Part shown: in pieces, positions 30,914 to 41,594 of the stretch
Layout of the letters: every line of letters begins with the position of its first letter
Position numbering within the stretch: position 1 is the stretch's first letter
Translations under genes and position numbers: made by a program
Origin: Actinomycetota bacterium
Lineage (GTDB): Bacteria; Actinomycetota; Thermoleophilia; Gaiellales; F1-60-MAGs149
Direction: 5' to 3'
Assembly: GCA_026392355.1 (NCBI GenBank)
Contig: JAPLCF010000031.1
Span: forward strand, 10,785 to 74,784
Length of the DNA stretch: 64,000 bases
Notes under the pieces: model-generated
Told to the model about the DNA's origin: nothing
The model's input: only the letters and a program-made list of their open reading frames with translations
Databases searched by the model: none

Positions 30914-30996
30914 AGGGAACTCCTGACGCGGGTTGCCGCATCAACCTACCAGCGAGGCGGTGCGCGCGTGCGCTCGCACAGTGACGCCGAACGACA

Positions 30997-31034
30997 GAAG
31001 GCCCGGCGCCTCCAAGCGGAGACGCCGGGCCCTC
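30997..31034 (-). terminator. Intrinsic terminator-like hairpin after the flavin oxidoreductase gene
   Basis: ggcccggcgtctcc-gctt-ggaggcgccgggcc followed by ttctgt on the minus strand. Confidence 0.7.
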
Positions 31035-31046
31035 GCTAGCTCAGCG

Positions 31047-32156
31047 TTACTGCGCGGCTTCCCACGCGGCCTGGCTTGCCAGGTCGGCGAGGGGGCTGAA
31101 CATACCGAAGTCGAAGTCGGCGAGGGGCTCGCCGGCCTGGACCTTGGCGGGCCAATCCGGGTTGCCAAGGGCCGACTTGCCCTGGGCGATGACGTCGGCG
31201 TTACCGGCGGCGATCACGCTTGCTGCCGTGGCCGGGTCGCCAAGACCACCGTTGACGATCACGGGCGCCTTGGAGTACTTCTTGGCCAGGCCGGAGAGGC
31301 TATGGCCCGAGCCGAACACCTCGTCGGTGGCGACGTGCTCGGTGATGTGAATGAAGTTCACGCCGGCCTCGTCGAGCACCGGGAAGATGTCAGCAGCATC
31401 CTGCTCGCCACCGGCCCACGTGTACTCGAAGTCGTTGACCTTGCTCTGCGAGAGGCGCAGGCCGACAGGGATCTTGCCCTGCGTTGCGGCGATCGCGGCC
31501 TTGACGATCTCCTCGTCGAGGCGGATGCGGTTGCGCGCGTTACCACCGTACTCGTCGGTGCGCTGGTTCGTGTACGCGGTCCAGAACTGGTCGAGCAGGT
31601 AGCCGTTGGCACCGTGGATCTCGATGGCGTCGAAGCCAGCCTCGAGGGCGTAGACGGCGGCGGAGACGAAGGAGTCCTTGATCTCGATGAGCTCGTCGGT
31701 CGTGATCTCGCGGGGCGTGTCGTAGCCACCCTCACCGCGGTAGAACGTCAGCATCTCGCCCTTCGGCGTAAAGGCCGACGGTGCGATTGCGCCCGTCTCG
31801 TAGTTCGCATTGCGGCCCTGGTTGAGGGCGCCCGCGTGCACAAGCTGCATGCAGATCTTTGCGCCGGCGGCATGGACGGCGTCGACGACGACCTTCCACG
31901 CATCGCGCTGCGCAGCCGTGGCGATGCCCGGCTGGAAGTGATAGCCCTGCGAGAACTTCTGATCGACGTACGAGGCCTCGACGATGATCAGCCCGAAGCC
32001 GCCCCGGGCGAACTTGGCGTAGTAGTCGGCCATGGCCTGCGTGGCGAGGCCGTCTTCCGTCGCGCTGACGCGCGTCATCGGCGCGACCGCGAGGCGGTTC
32101 TTGAGCTCAAGCGAGCCGAGCTGGGCGGACTGGAACAGGATCGACGTGTCGGTCAC
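31047..32156 (-). CDS. NADH:flavin oxidoreductase (Old Yellow Enzyme family)
   Basis: LKNRLAVAPMTR, QLVHAG, GFDAIEIHGANGYLLDQF, NQRTDEYGG. Confidence 0.95.
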   Translation of the reverse strand: MTDTSILFQSAQLGSLELKNRLAVAPMTRVSATEDGLATQAMADYYAKFARGGFGLIIVEASYVDQKFSQGYHFQPGIATAAQRDAWKVVVDAVHAAGAKICMQLVHAGALNQGRNANYETGAIAPSAFTPKGEMLTFYRGEGGYDTPREITTDELIEIKDSFVSAAVYALEAGFDAIEIHGANGYLLDQFWTAYTNQRTDEYGGNARNRIRLDEEIVKAAIAATQGKIPVGLRLSQSKVNDFEYTWAGGEQDAADIFPVLDEAGVNFIHITEHVATDEVFGSGHSLSGLAKKYSKAPVIVNGGLGDPATAASVIAAGNADVIAQGKSALGNPDWPAKVQAGEPLADFDFGMFSPLADLASQAAWEAAQ

Positions 32157-32228
32157 TTGGATCTCCTCAGGAAATGCGGACGTTCGAGGGCATAAACCTA
32201 GTCGAAACGTGGGTTATTCCCGCCGGGC

Positions 32229-32708
32229 TCAGCTCGTGGGGCCGCGGCGCACCTGAAAGCCGACGGCGCCGGTGCAGTTCTCGATCGTCGCACCCGTCGA
32301 CGAGTCCGTGCTGGTGGCGGTCATCGTCACGCGCGCGGTGCCCCTCCCATTCGAGCGCAGCTGCCCGGTCACGCGGACCTGGCCGCTGCGTCCGCCGGCG
32401 ACAGCGGCGTACTCGATGGTGTAGCGGTTGCTTCGCATCGTCGCGCGGGGCGACGCCCCGGTGAAGAACGCAACGGGGCTGACGAGGCCGTCCTGCGTAT
32501 CCGTGCAGGTCATCACCATCTGCAGGTTTTGGATGCGCACCTTGCCCGCAGCGACATCGAGCATGACGCTCTGCAGGGGGATACCGGAGATCTCCATGCC
32601 CCCTGGCGTTCCGGTTGTACCGGACCACGCGACTGGGCGGGCGCCGGCGGAGGCGGCGGCGCAGAGGATTCCGAAGGCAAGGGCAGCAACGACTAGCAGG
32701 CGATTCAT
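32229..32708 (-). CDS. Hypothetical secreted protein
   Basis: Signal peptide MNRLLVVAALAFGILCAAASAGA; beta-rich mature part with a Cys pair; TACCCT -10. Confidence 0.7.
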   Translation of the reverse strand: MNRLLVVAALAFGILCAAASAGARPVAWSGTTGTPGGMEISGIPLQSVMLDVAAGKVRIQNLQMVMTCTDTQDGLVSPVAFFTGASPRATMRSNRYTIEYAAVAGGRSGQVRVTGQLRSNGRGTARVTMTATSTDSSTGATIENCTGAVGFQVRRGPTS

Positions 32709-32732
32709 GGGGAAAGGGTAACAGCGCTGAAG

Positions 32733-33938
32733 CTAGGGGCTCGTGCGGATGCCGCGTTGCAGGCGGGCAGGCGACAGCGTCATCGCGATCAGGCAGAAGA
32801 GGCCTGCGGCGACGGGGAAGGCGAGCAGCACGAGGTCGAAGCTGCCGGTCAGGTCACGTACCCAACCAAGTGCCGAGGGGGCGCACGCGGTAATCAGGTA
32901 GCCGACGAACAGCATCATGCCGGCGGCCGCGCCGACGTCGATCGGGCTATCGGCGACGTCCAGCGGCAGGCTCATCGTGACCGTGAACATCATCCCGTTG
33001 GCGATGCCGGCAAGCAGCATCCACTCGAACCCGAGGGAGGGGACGAGCGCAAACAGCAGCGTGGCGATGGTCATTACCGCGCTCGCAGTCACCAGCGCCT
33101 GTCGGCGGGTTACGCGTTCGCCGATCAGGCCGACCGCGAGCGATGTGGGTAGCGTGCCGATGTTGTACAGCGCAGCCAGCCAGCCGACCGAGGTCTCTGA
33201 GTAGCCGAGGTCCACGTACGCCGATGGCGCCCACGTCGCGAGGCCGTAGAAGACGATGCCCATCAGGCCGAACATCGCCGCGAAGCTCCAGACGATGCTG
33301 CTTCGCAGGGGGAAGCGGGGAAAGACACCACGCTGGCGCTGCACGTGCATGTTGCGCGTCGCGACGATCCACGCGATCACGAAGACGAGGCTCGCGGCCG
33401 ACATCACGAACAGCGACCACCGCCAGCCGCCCAGCCACAGCGAGAGCGGCACGGCTGCCACCGCCGAGGCGGTAGCCCCGAACTGGATACCCGTCGAGTA
33501 GATCGCGGTTAGGAACAGCGGCCGATCGGCGAAGCGCTCCTTCACCGCGATCACCATCAGGGCATTGCCCACACCCATGCCGACGCCAACGAGGAACGTG
33601 AAAAGGATCAGGCCCGTGGGGCCCGGCACGAAGGCGCGGGCCATACCGGCGAGGGCGATCAGAAGACCGGCGACGGTAACCGCGTTGATCGCGCCGATAC
33701 GCCCCGCGATCACCGGTGCGATTGGCGCGAAGATGCCGAGGCACAGCACGGGGATTGTCACGAGCAAGCCTGTGAAGGCATGCGACATGTCCATCGAGCG
33801 CTGGATTTCCGGTATCAGCGGACCGACGCCGACGATCTGCGGCCGCAGCGTCAGCGACGTCAGCAGCAGCCCGACCACGAGTGGCATTCGGTCGCCGATC
33901 TTGCTGACGGCGTGCGCAGCGGTGGCGTGATCAGCCAT
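32733..33938 (-). CDS. MFS transporter, CynX/NimT family
   Basis: LRPQIVGVGPL, LVTIPVLC, VKERF, GWRWSL; 12 TM. Confidence 0.88.
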   Translation of the reverse strand: MADHATAAHAVSKIGDRMPLVVGLLLTSLTLRPQIVGVGPLIPEIQRSMDMSHAFTGLLVTIPVLCLGIFAPIAPVIAGRIGAINAVTVAGLLIALAGMARAFVPGPTGLILFTFLVGVGMGVGNALMVIAVKERFADRPLFLTAIYSTGIQFGATASAVAAVPLSLWLGGWRWSLFVMSAASLVFVIAWIVATRNMHVQRQRGVFPRFPLRSSIVWSFAAMFGLMGIVFYGLATWAPSAYVDLGYSETSVGWLAALYNIGTLPTSLAVGLIGERVTRRQALVTASAVMTIATLLFALVPSLGFEWMLLAGIANGMMFTVTMSLPLDVADSPIDVGAAAGMMLFVGYLITACAPSALGWVRDLTGSFDLVLLAFPVAAGLFCLIAMTLSPARLQRGIRTSP

Positions 33939-33988
33939 GGCAGGCAGCATGCCAGACGGCCACCGTCAGACCGTTAGCGATGCGCACC

Positions 33989-34930
33989 TTAGAACGTGGG
34001 CGGCGCGGGGTTGCCGCAACTGGCGTTTCTGTCGCCGACGACCTGGCGCTGGATCTCGTTCATCGTCAGCTCCCAGTACGGATCGTACGGCGACGGCGGT
34101 CCGTCGAACACGACACGAACGTCGGGCGTGACGCCGGGGCCGCTCGTCGTCATGCGATAGCGGTTGAGCGTCGAGATGCCAGCCAGTCGCGAGACCTCGC
34201 CCTTGGGGCCGATCTCGAAGCAGAACTGTCCGTACGGACGGTTGGCGAGGAAGCCGTTGACGCGGCTCCATTGGAACGTGCCGCGCGGGAAGCCATAGTC
34301 GGCATTGAGGCTGTCGAGGTAGAGGTTGCGGCCATCGTCGTCGAGGGGTACGCCCTGGGGCGTCGCCTCGCCGACGGCGACGGGGATCCCGTGCCACGAG
34401 TACGTGCCGAACAGGTGCGGCCACTTCACGCCGGGACTTGGTCCGTAGCGGGACCAGTCGCTGAAGACTTCAAGGTCTGCGACTGCGCCGGTCCAATGCG
34501 AGATGCGCACCTCCGTTGGCCCGGTGATGCCGCCGTAGTTGCGGACCGAGCGCTTCCACTGCTGGACGGCCCAGTGGCTGCCGTTCGGGGCTGTGCACTT
34601 CGCCACGACCATTTCGATGCCGGTGAACTGCGGGCCACGGTAGGGTCGGCAGACATTCCGGAACGTCTGCCACTTGGCGCCGCTGCCGCCCTGCCCGCCG
34701 GAGAAGTCGAGACGCAGGCGTCCCCGCGAGAGGTTGACGGCACCCCAGGCGAAGATGTGCTGCCAGCGGCCACCGACCTTCACGGTCATCATCGCGACGC
34801 CGTTGCGATTGACCTTCAGATTCACACCGCTCTGCGGGTTGCGGGTCACGAGCGTGCTCGCCGAGGCCGTGGCGCTGCCCGCCAGCAGGGCCACGATCAC
34901 GAGGGGGAGGATGAAACGGCGACACAGCAT
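33989..34930 (-). CDS. Conserved hypothetical secreted protein
   Basis: Signal peptide MLCRRFILPLVIVALLAGSATASA; Trp/Gly/Cys-rich (CTAPNGSHWAVQQW). Confidence 0.7.
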   Translation of the reverse strand: MLCRRFILPLVIVALLAGSATASASTLVTRNPQSGVNLKVNRNGVAMMTVKVGGRWQHIFAWGAVNLSRGRLRLDFSGGQGGSGAKWQTFRNVCRPYRGPQFTGIEMVVAKCTAPNGSHWAVQQWKRSVRNYGGITGPTEVRISHWTGAVADLEVFSDWSRYGPSPGVKWPHLFGTYSWHGIPVAVGEATPQGVPLDDDGRNLYLDSLNADYGFPRGTFQWSRVNGFLANRPYGQFCFEIGPKGEVSRLAGISTLNRYRMTTSGPGVTPDVRVVFDGPPSPYDPYWELTMNEIQRQVVGDRNASCGNPAPPTF

Positions 34931-35010
34931 TGCTCTCACCGTAGGTGACGCCAGCGGTTCGTTGATCTGACGCGTGAGCCTGCACGCGGTTCCCCGCGGC
35001 GTGTCGGCGG

Positions 35011-36111
35011 CTAGACCGCGGCCATGACCGCGGGCAGCTCGCGTTCGAAGACGCTGAGTGCTTCGCCATCGCCCACACTCACGCGCAGGCAGCGGTCCTG
35101 CGGTGCGACCCACGGCATGCGGATGAACACGCCGCGGCGATTCAGCTCCGTGCACACCGCGCGGGCGAAGTCGCCGTCACGGCCGAGGTCGATGCAGACG
35201 AAGTTCGCACTCGACGGCACGACAGCGAGGTCGAACCGGGCGGCGATGCCGACGATCCGCTTGCGGCCGGCGGCCGTGAAGTCGAGTGCGGCCTGCAGGT
35301 GCTCCTGATCCGCCAGCGCGGCGATGGCGCCTGCGTGTTGCAGGCGCCCCATCCCGAAGTGCTCGCGCACGAGATCGAACGCGGCGATCGTCGCCGGGGC
35401 ACCGAGCGCGCAGCCGACGCGCAGGCCGGCGAGGCCGTACGCCTTCGAGAAGGTGCGGAAGCGCAGGACCCTTGGATCATCGAGGGCGATGGGTGGCGCC
35501 GTTCCGTCCGGCGCGAATTCAATGTACGCCTCGTCGATCAGGAGCGCGGTGTCTGCGGGCAGCGTGGCGCGGAACGCGGTGACGGCGGCGGCATCCCAAG
35601 CGGTCCCCATCGGGTTGTCGGGGTTCGCCAGGTAGACGAGGCGTGCGCCCTCAGTGTGCGCGGCAGCCGCCATCGCCTGCAGGTCGGCATGGTCGTCTCG
35701 GTACGGCACCTCGACCAGCCGACCGCCGGAGGCGCGCACGTGGAACGAGAAGGTCGGGTAGCCGCCGTGTGTCATCACGACAGGCGTGCCGGGCTCGACG
35801 AAGAGGCGCACGGCGCTGCCGAGGAGGCCATCGATGCCTTGGCCGGCCACGATCGCGTCGATCGGAACGCCGTGGTGGTCGGCGAGAGCGGTACGTAGGT
35901 CGTGGGCGAGCGGATCGCCGTACTTCCACGCCTCGCCTGCGACCGCTCCGATCGCGGCGATCGCGCGCGGCGACGGACCGAGCACGTTCTCGTTCGCGCC
36001 GAGTCGAGCGCGAAACGGCACGCCGCTCTCGCGTTCGATCTGATCGGGCCCGACGAACGGCACGCTCGTCGGCAATGCCGAGACGACGCGGGTGAAGGGC
36101 GGCGTGTCCAT
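35011..36111 (-). CDS. PLP-dependent class I/II aminotransferase (HisC-like)
   Basis: RLGANEN, ANPDNPMG, DEAY.EF, RTFSKAYGLAGLRVG. Confidence 0.9.
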   Translation of the reverse strand: MDTPPFTRVVSALPTSVPFVGPDQIERESGVPFRARLGANENVLGPSPRAIAAIGAVAGEAWKYGDPLAHDLRTALADHHGVPIDAIVAGQGIDGLLGSAVRLFVEPGTPVVMTHGGYPTFSFHVRASGGRLVEVPYRDDHADLQAMAAAAHTEGARLVYLANPDNPMGTAWDAAAVTAFRATLPADTALLIDEAYIEFAPDGTAPPIALDDPRVLRFRTFSKAYGLAGLRVGCALGAPATIAAFDLVREHFGMGRLQHAGAIAALADQEHLQAALDFTAAGRKRIVGIAARFDLAVVPSSANFVCIDLGRDGDFARAVCTELNRRGVFIRMPWVAPQDRCLRVSVGDGEALSVFERELPAVMAAV

Positions 36112-36165
36112 GGACGCAATCGTGACAGCGCCGGTACCATCGAGTCGAATCGACTCGGAGCCACT

Positions 36166-37542
36166 ATGCCGCGTACCGACCGCATCGAGATTGACCGCAC
36201 TCGCCTTGCCGAGCTGATCGCGCGCGAGCGCGCCACTCTGGCGAGCCGCACCACGCAGTCGAAGGTGCTGGCCGAGCGTGCCAACGCGCACATGATCGGC
36301 GGCGTGCCGATGCAGTGGATGCAGATCTGGGCGGGTCAGCACGCGATCTTCTTCGAGCGCGCCAAGGGCAACCGCATCACCGATGTTGATGGCAACGAGC
36401 TGATCGACTTCTGCCTCGGCGATACGGGTTCGATGGCGGGGCACTCGCCGGAGGCGACGGTGGCCGCGGTCCAGCGCCGCATGGGTGATCTCGGCGGCGT
36501 CACGACGATGCTGCCGACCGAGGACGCGATCTGGGTGGCCGACGAGCTGTCGCGCCGCTTTGGCATGGACAAGTGGACGTTCTCGCTGACGGCCACCGAC
36601 GCCAACCGTTGGGTGCTCCGCACCGCCCGCCAGCTAACCGGCCGGTCGAAGGTGTTGATCATGAGCTACTGCTATCACGGCTCCGTCGACGAGACGATCA
36701 TCGCGCTGGAGAACGGCGTGGCGACGAGCAAGCCCGGCAACGTCGGCCCGCAGGTCGACCCCGCACAGACGACACGCGTCGTGGAGTTCAACGACCTCGC
36801 GATGCTCGAGCGCGAGCTCGCCCACGGTGACGTGGCGTGCGTGCTCGCCGAGCCGGCGCTGACGAACATGGGCATCGTGCTGCCCGATCCGGGCTACTGG
36901 GAGGCCGCGACGAAGCTGATCAAGGACGCTGGCTCACTGCTCGTGATCGACGAGACGCACACGTTCTCGGCGGGTCCCGGCGGCTGCACGCTGGCGTGGG
37001 GGCTCCAGCCCGACATCGTCACGATGGGCAAGAGCATCGCCGGCGGTGTGCCGATCGGCGCATATGGCGTGACGGCCGAGATCGATGCGCGCATCCAGAG
37101 CGATCCGGCAGGCGACTACGTCGACACGGGCGGCGTTGGCGGCACGCTGGCGGGCAACGCGCTGTCGATGGCTGCGGCACGCGGCACGCTCGAGCATGTC
37201 CTCACCGACGAGGCCTTTACCCGCATGTGCGATCTCGGCGCCAAGATGCTCGAGGGCATGCAGGCCGTGATCGATCGCCACGACCTACCGTGGGTCGTCG
37301 AGGGCCTTGGGGCGCGTGCCGAGTTCCGCTTCTGCGCCGACATGCCGAAGAACGGTACGGAGTCGCACGACGCCCACGACGACGAGGTCGAGGAGTGGCT
37401 CCATCTGGTCACGCTCAATAACGGCATCCTCGTGACGCCGTTCCACAACATGTGTCTCGTCTGCCCGGACACGACGGCAGCCGACGTCGAGCGCTTGATT
37501 GAGGTGCTGGATCAGGCCGCCGCGGAGCTCCGCGCGGCCTAA
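36166..37542 (+). CDS. Class III aminotransferase (GSA-aminomutase-like subfamily)
   Basis: DVDGN..IDFCLGD, YCYHG, EP..TNMG, IDETH, PDIVTMGKSIAGG, GGTLAGN. Confidence 0.88.
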   Translation: MPRTDRIEIDRTRLAELIARERATLASRTTQSKVLAERANAHMIGGVPMQWMQIWAGQHAIFFERAKGNRITDVDGNELIDFCLGDTGSMAGHSPEATVAAVQRRMGDLGGVTTMLPTEDAIWVADELSRRFGMDKWTFSLTATDANRWVLRTARQLTGRSKVLIMSYCYHGSVDETIIALENGVATSKPGNVGPQVDPAQTTRVVEFNDLAMLERELAHGDVACVLAEPALTNMGIVLPDPGYWEAATKLIKDAGSLLVIDETHTFSAGPGGCTLAWGLQPDIVTMGKSIAGGVPIGAYGVTAEIDARIQSDPAGDYVDTGGVGGTLAGNALSMAAARGTLEHVLTDEAFTRMCDLGAKMLEGMQAVIDRHDLPWVVEGLGARAEFRFCADMPKNGTESHDAHDDEVEEWLHLVTLNNGILVTPFHNMCLVCPDTTAADVERLIEVLDQAAAELRAA

Positions 37543-37545
37543 GCG

Positions 37546-38145
37546 TCAGGCGAGGTCGGGCGCGATCTCGGCGATCGTGTTGTCGAGGAGTTCCTTGCGC
37601 CCGGGCTCCGGGTAACGCGCAAGGTGTCCCTCGTCGTCGACGCGGAACTGGCCAACCTCGATCAGCGGCGGCGAGTACGAGTGGATCGTGATTGCGGGAC
37701 CGCCCTCGTGGTGGGCGACAGAGTGGATGTAGCCCGACGGGCCCTCACGACGATCCCCGGGACGGACGATCACTTCGGTATGGCCGGAGGGCAGCGTCAT
37801 CTGCTTCTCGACGACGGCGCCCTCGGCGCCACAGAGTCCGACGGCCGAATGTGAGTGGTCGTGAAAGCCCGTGCCTTGGCCGGACATCCACATGATCACC
37901 CACGAATCGAGGCGGTCATCTTCGAAGAGCAGGCGATAGCGGCGGCGGACCGGGTCGGCGACGATCAGGTCGCGCCAGATTGCGGGATCGTTCACGATCG
38001 CCTCGGACAGGTCGGCCAGCTGCGCGGTCGTCAGCGGCGCACCGTTCGTGTCGGGCACGAGCGCGGCGACGGCGGCCTGCACCTCGGCAGGAGGCGAGAC
38101 TACTTCGGTCCAGTCTTGGGGGGTGAGGGTATCCGTGGAAGCCAT
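37546..38145 (-). CDS. Cysteine dioxygenase family cupin
   Basis: W..GQGTGFHDH, YIHSV, TIHSYSPPL (3-His site plus His/Tyr outer sphere). Confidence 0.85.
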   Translation of the reverse strand: MASTDTLTPQDWTEVVSPPAEVQAAVAALVPDTNGAPLTTAQLADLSEAIVNDPAIWRDLIVADPVRRRYRLLFEDDRLDSWVIMWMSGQGTGFHDHSHSAVGLCGAEGAVVEKQMTLPSGHTEVIVRPGDRREGPSGYIHSVAHHEGGPAITIHSYSPPLIEVGQFRVDDEGHLARYPEPGRKELLDNTIAEIAPDLA

Positions 38146-38232
38146 GTTCGACTCCTTTCGCGACAGCGCCGTCGGGGGGATGACGCTCCCTGCAAGCATA
38201 ACGCGCACCGCCGAGCGCGTACACTCCCGCGC

Positions 38233-38688
38233 ATGACGGATGTCCGCATGATTGACGTTGGCGATAAGCCGATTACCCGCCGCCGCGCGCTGGCCCGTGC
38301 CGAGGTCCACATGACCGACGAAGCGCTGGCCAAGATCGAGGACGGCAAGGTGGCCAAGGGCGATGTGCTCGCGACCGCGCGTGTGGCTGGCATTGCCGCC
38401 GCCAAGCGCACGCCGGACCTCCTCCCGCTGTGTCACCCGATGCTGCTCGACCACGTCCGTGTTGACCTCAGTGTCGATCGCGCTGCCGGTTGCGTGCGCG
38501 TCGAGGCCGAGTGTGCCGTCGAGGGCCGCACCGGCGTCGAGATGGAGGCGCTGGTTTCCGCCAGCGCCGCCGCGCTGTGCGTGCACGACATGCTCAAGTC
38601 GACGGATCCGACGATCTCGATCAACGCGATCGAGTTGTGGGAGAAAGACGGTGGGAAGAGCGGCTCGTGGCGGCGCCCGGAGGCGTGA
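38233..38688 (+). CDS. moaC: Cyclic pyranopterin monophosphate synthase
   Basis: MIDVGDK, KGDVL..AR.AGI.AAK.T..L.PLCH, TGVEMEAL, DMLK, K.GGKSG. Confidence 0.95.
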   Translation: MTDVRMIDVGDKPITRRRALARAEVHMTDEALAKIEDGKVAKGDVLATARVAGIAAAKRTPDLLPLCHPMLLDHVRVDLSVDRAAGCVRVEAECAVEGRTGVEMEALVSASAAALCVHDMLKSTDPTISINAIELWEKDGGKSGSWRRPEA

Positions 38689-39173
38689 TGCGCGCCTGCG
38701 TGTTGACGGTTTCGGACGGCGTCTTTCACGGCGCGCGCGAGGACGGCTCTGGCGATGTGCTCGCCGAGAAGGCCGTCATGAGTGGCTTTGAGATCGCCGC
38801 GCGCGTGACGGTCCCTGATGAGGCCGACCAGATCGCCGCACAGGTGTCGGCCTGGGCCGACGCCGCCGACGCGCCCGAGCTCGTGCTCGTCACGGGTGGC
38901 ACGGGCTTCGCCCCGCGCGATGTCACCCCCGAGGCGCTCGGTCCGATCTACGACCGCAAGACGCCGGGTATCGACGAGGCCATGCGCGCGTTCTCGATGC
39001 AGGTCAAGCCGCACGGCATGCTCAGCCGCGGCGTCTCCGGCATTCGCCGCTCCACGCTTGTGCTGTCGTTCCCCGGCAGCCCGAAGGCGTGCGGCGAGCT
39101 GTTCGATGTCGTCGAGCCGGTACTCAACCACGCGCTCGAGCTGTTGCGCTCGGCACCGACCGAGCACCTCTAG
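38688..39173 (+). CDS. mog: Molybdopterin adenylyltransferase MogA/MoaB
   Basis: LTVSD, RED.SG, VPDE, TGGTGFAPRDVTPEA, LSRG, PGSPK. Confidence 0.92.
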   Translation: MRACVLTVSDGVFHGAREDGSGDVLAEKAVMSGFEIAARVTVPDEADQIAAQVSAWADAADAPELVLVTGGTGFAPRDVTPEALGPIYDRKTPGIDEAMRAFSMQVKPHGMLSRGVSGIRRSTLVLSFPGSPKACGELFDVVEPVLNHALELLRSAPTEHL

Positions 39174-39176
39174 GCG

Positions 39177-40836
39177 CTACGACGGGTTCGGCGCGATCGG
39201 AACCCGCAGCACGTTGCGATGCTCGGGCCCGAGGTGCACGCGGGTCGTGCCGGCGGAATCGGGCACGTAGCGTGCCGGCATTTGACCACTGACCGGATTG
39301 CACGGGAAGAGCCACGTCGAGCGGAGCTCAAGCACGAGCTCATCACCAGCTCGGAGGCGGGTTGCCTGCGGCAGGAGGGGGATCGACAGGTTGACGAGCT
39401 CGCCCGGCGCGACGGGCTCCGCGCGCGTGTGCGTGCACCGGCAGCCAATCGAGCGAGCGTTCCTGGTCGAGCGCACGGTGCGACACGCGGAGCCAGCCGT
39501 GCGTTACGACGTCGCGGTCGAATCCGTAGGAGCCTTCGAACGGCACCTCGACGCCGTCGCGGACAAGGCGCACGGCAGCCAAGACGGTCGCGTCATCGGT
39601 GTTGTCGAGTGAGACGGCGAGGTCGAGCACCAGAGGGCCGATCAGATCGATGTCGCGTGGCGCGCGCCAGGCGAACCGCGTCGTACCGTCGGCATTGGCC
39701 CACTCGGCTGTGCCACTGGATCCGGCCTACGTGTCGCCGAGCACGCCGCCGGGCTGGAGATGGAGGTCGGTCCACGCGACATCCGGCGGCGGCCAGTCGG
39801 GCGCGTGGCGGATCTCGACCGGGTTGGGCCCGCCGTCGTGCACCGCGATGCGCACGGGTGGTTCGTTCTCCCAGCCGTTGTTCGCGTCGCGCAGGAAGTG
39901 GTCAAAGAATCGCAGTTGCGCGTCCTTGGCTTGGGCCGAATAGAACGTCGACCACTTGCCGCTGCGGTGGGTCCACAGCCACTTGCGCTGGGAGCCCGTG
40001 CGGCGGAACGCCTCGAACGAGCCGCGGGAGTGGAGGAGGTGGTCGGAGAAGCTGCCGCACACGAGCATCGGCACCTCGATCTGCTCGAGCGCCGGATTGC
40101 GCGATCGCCACCAATCGTCGATCAGCGGTCGAGCGCGCTGTTCGGCGAGGGGATCCTCCGTCACCCGGCCGCCCTTGAGGGTCATCTTGCTCCACATGGC
40201 GAGGAATCCGTTCTCGCGCACACCCCCGGGGCATGCGAAGTCGCGGTACATGTCCGTGAAGCCCTCCCACGGACAGATAGCTGCGAGGTGCGGTGGCCGC
40301 GTGGCGGCCGCGCGGTACTGCGAGATCGCGAGGTAGGAAACGCCAAGCAACCCGACGCGACCCGTGCACCACGGCTGCGCCGCAACCCACTCGATCACGT
40401 CGTGCTCGTCATCGCCTTGCTGGTCGGAGAGCAACGCACCCGTGCCATCGGATTTCCCAAAACCGCGCAGATCCAGATTCACGACGGCGAAGCCCTGCGG
40501 CACCCAGAAGGCGGGGTCTGGTCCTTCCCATCCGGTCCAGGCAGAGAACTCGATCGGTTCGGGCTGGTGAAAGACCCGGTACTGCATCGGCGGTTGGTAG
40601 CGCCCGAGGCGCCGTTGCGGGAGCGCATCCTTGCCGTACGGGTGCGCACACATCACCACCGGGACGGGTTCGCCCGATGCGGGGCGAAAGACGTTGGCGC
40701 GAAGGATCGTCCCGTCGCGTACGGCGATGGGCACGTTCCAGTCGACGACCACGCCGCTGGGCGGGTCGGAGATGACAACGCGCGGGCGGACGATGCCCGC
40801 CAGGCGCCGGGCGACGCGTGCAGGCGAGACGGTCAT
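39177..40836 (-). pseudogene. CocE/NonD-family hydrolase disrupted by in-frame TAG (39727-39729) and a 1-nt frameshift (~39432)
   Basis: RDG..LRANVFRP, HPYGKD, RGFGKSDG, QPWC.GRVG..GVSYLA; C-terminal domain continues past TAG (IGPLVL, GWLRVSHR) and then in another frame (PGE...IPL.PQAT..RAG). Confidence 0.8.
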
Positions 40837-41594
40837 CCGCGCCTCGGCGTCCAGCGGAAGCGCCATGAGGCGATGATCAGCCCGACCGCGCCCCAGGCGA
40901 CGAGGAGCCCCAGCGACCGCCACGGCAATGTTGTCGCCGGGACGTACGCCCACGTGGCGACCTTCACGAACGGGGCGACGGGGAGCCATGACGCGATGTT
41001 GCCAAGCCAGCTCGGCAGCGACTCGATCGGGACGAAGACGCCGGAGATGAAATACAGCGGCAGCACGACGACGTTGGCCAGCGGCGGTGCGGCCTCACTC
41101 GACGGCGTCAGCGCGGCGAGCATCATGCCGAGGCACGAGAACGCGATGGCGCCGATCAGGACGCTGGCGACGAGCCACGGCAGGTAATCGAGCTCGACGC
41201 GGACGCCGTAGGCGAAGCTGCCGAGTGCGAGCATCACGATCACCATCAGGATGGCGATCACGAGCGAGGTGACAACCTGGCCGATGATCAGCACCCAGGC
41301 CGGGGCCGGGGTGCCACGCACGCGCTTGTAGGTGCCGGTCTCGCGACGGTTGACGACGGTGATCGCGAGCGCGACGAAGCTGGCGCTGATGACGCCCATC
41401 ACCATGAAGGCCGGCACCTGCAGGTACGACTGCGCGACGACGTCGCCACCGGCCAGCGTGACCGACTGGCCGCCGAAGATCGCCTCGAACAGGACGAGGA
41501 AGATGACCGGCAGAAAGACGGTGAAGAACAGCGTCTCGGGGCGGCGCGTGAACGCCAGGAGGTCGGCACGCACCTGTTCGCGGAGCATGTTCAC
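40833..41594 (-). CDS. ABC-2 type exporter permease
   Basis: LFFTVFLP, RETGTYKR..GTP, FISGVFVP...LP.WL. Confidence 0.9.
   Translation of the reverse strand: MNMLREQVRADLLAFTRRPETLFFTVFLPVIFLVLFEAIFGGQSVTLAGGDVVAQSYLQVPAFMVMGVISASFVALAITVVNRRETGTYKRVRGTPAPAWVLIIGQVVTSLVIAILMVIVMLALGSFAYGVRVELDYLPWLVASVLIGAIAFSCLGMMLAALTPSSEAAPPLANVVVLPLYFISGVFVPIESLPSWLGNIASWLPVAPFVKVATWAYVPATTLPWRSLGLLVAWGAVGLIIASWRFRWTPRRG

Noticed and set aside
36166-37542. Calling this gene hemL
   Set aside because: GSAM-like fold, but motifs (FCLGDTGSM, SLTATDANR, DETHT) differ from canonical HemL and it is far from the hem genes.
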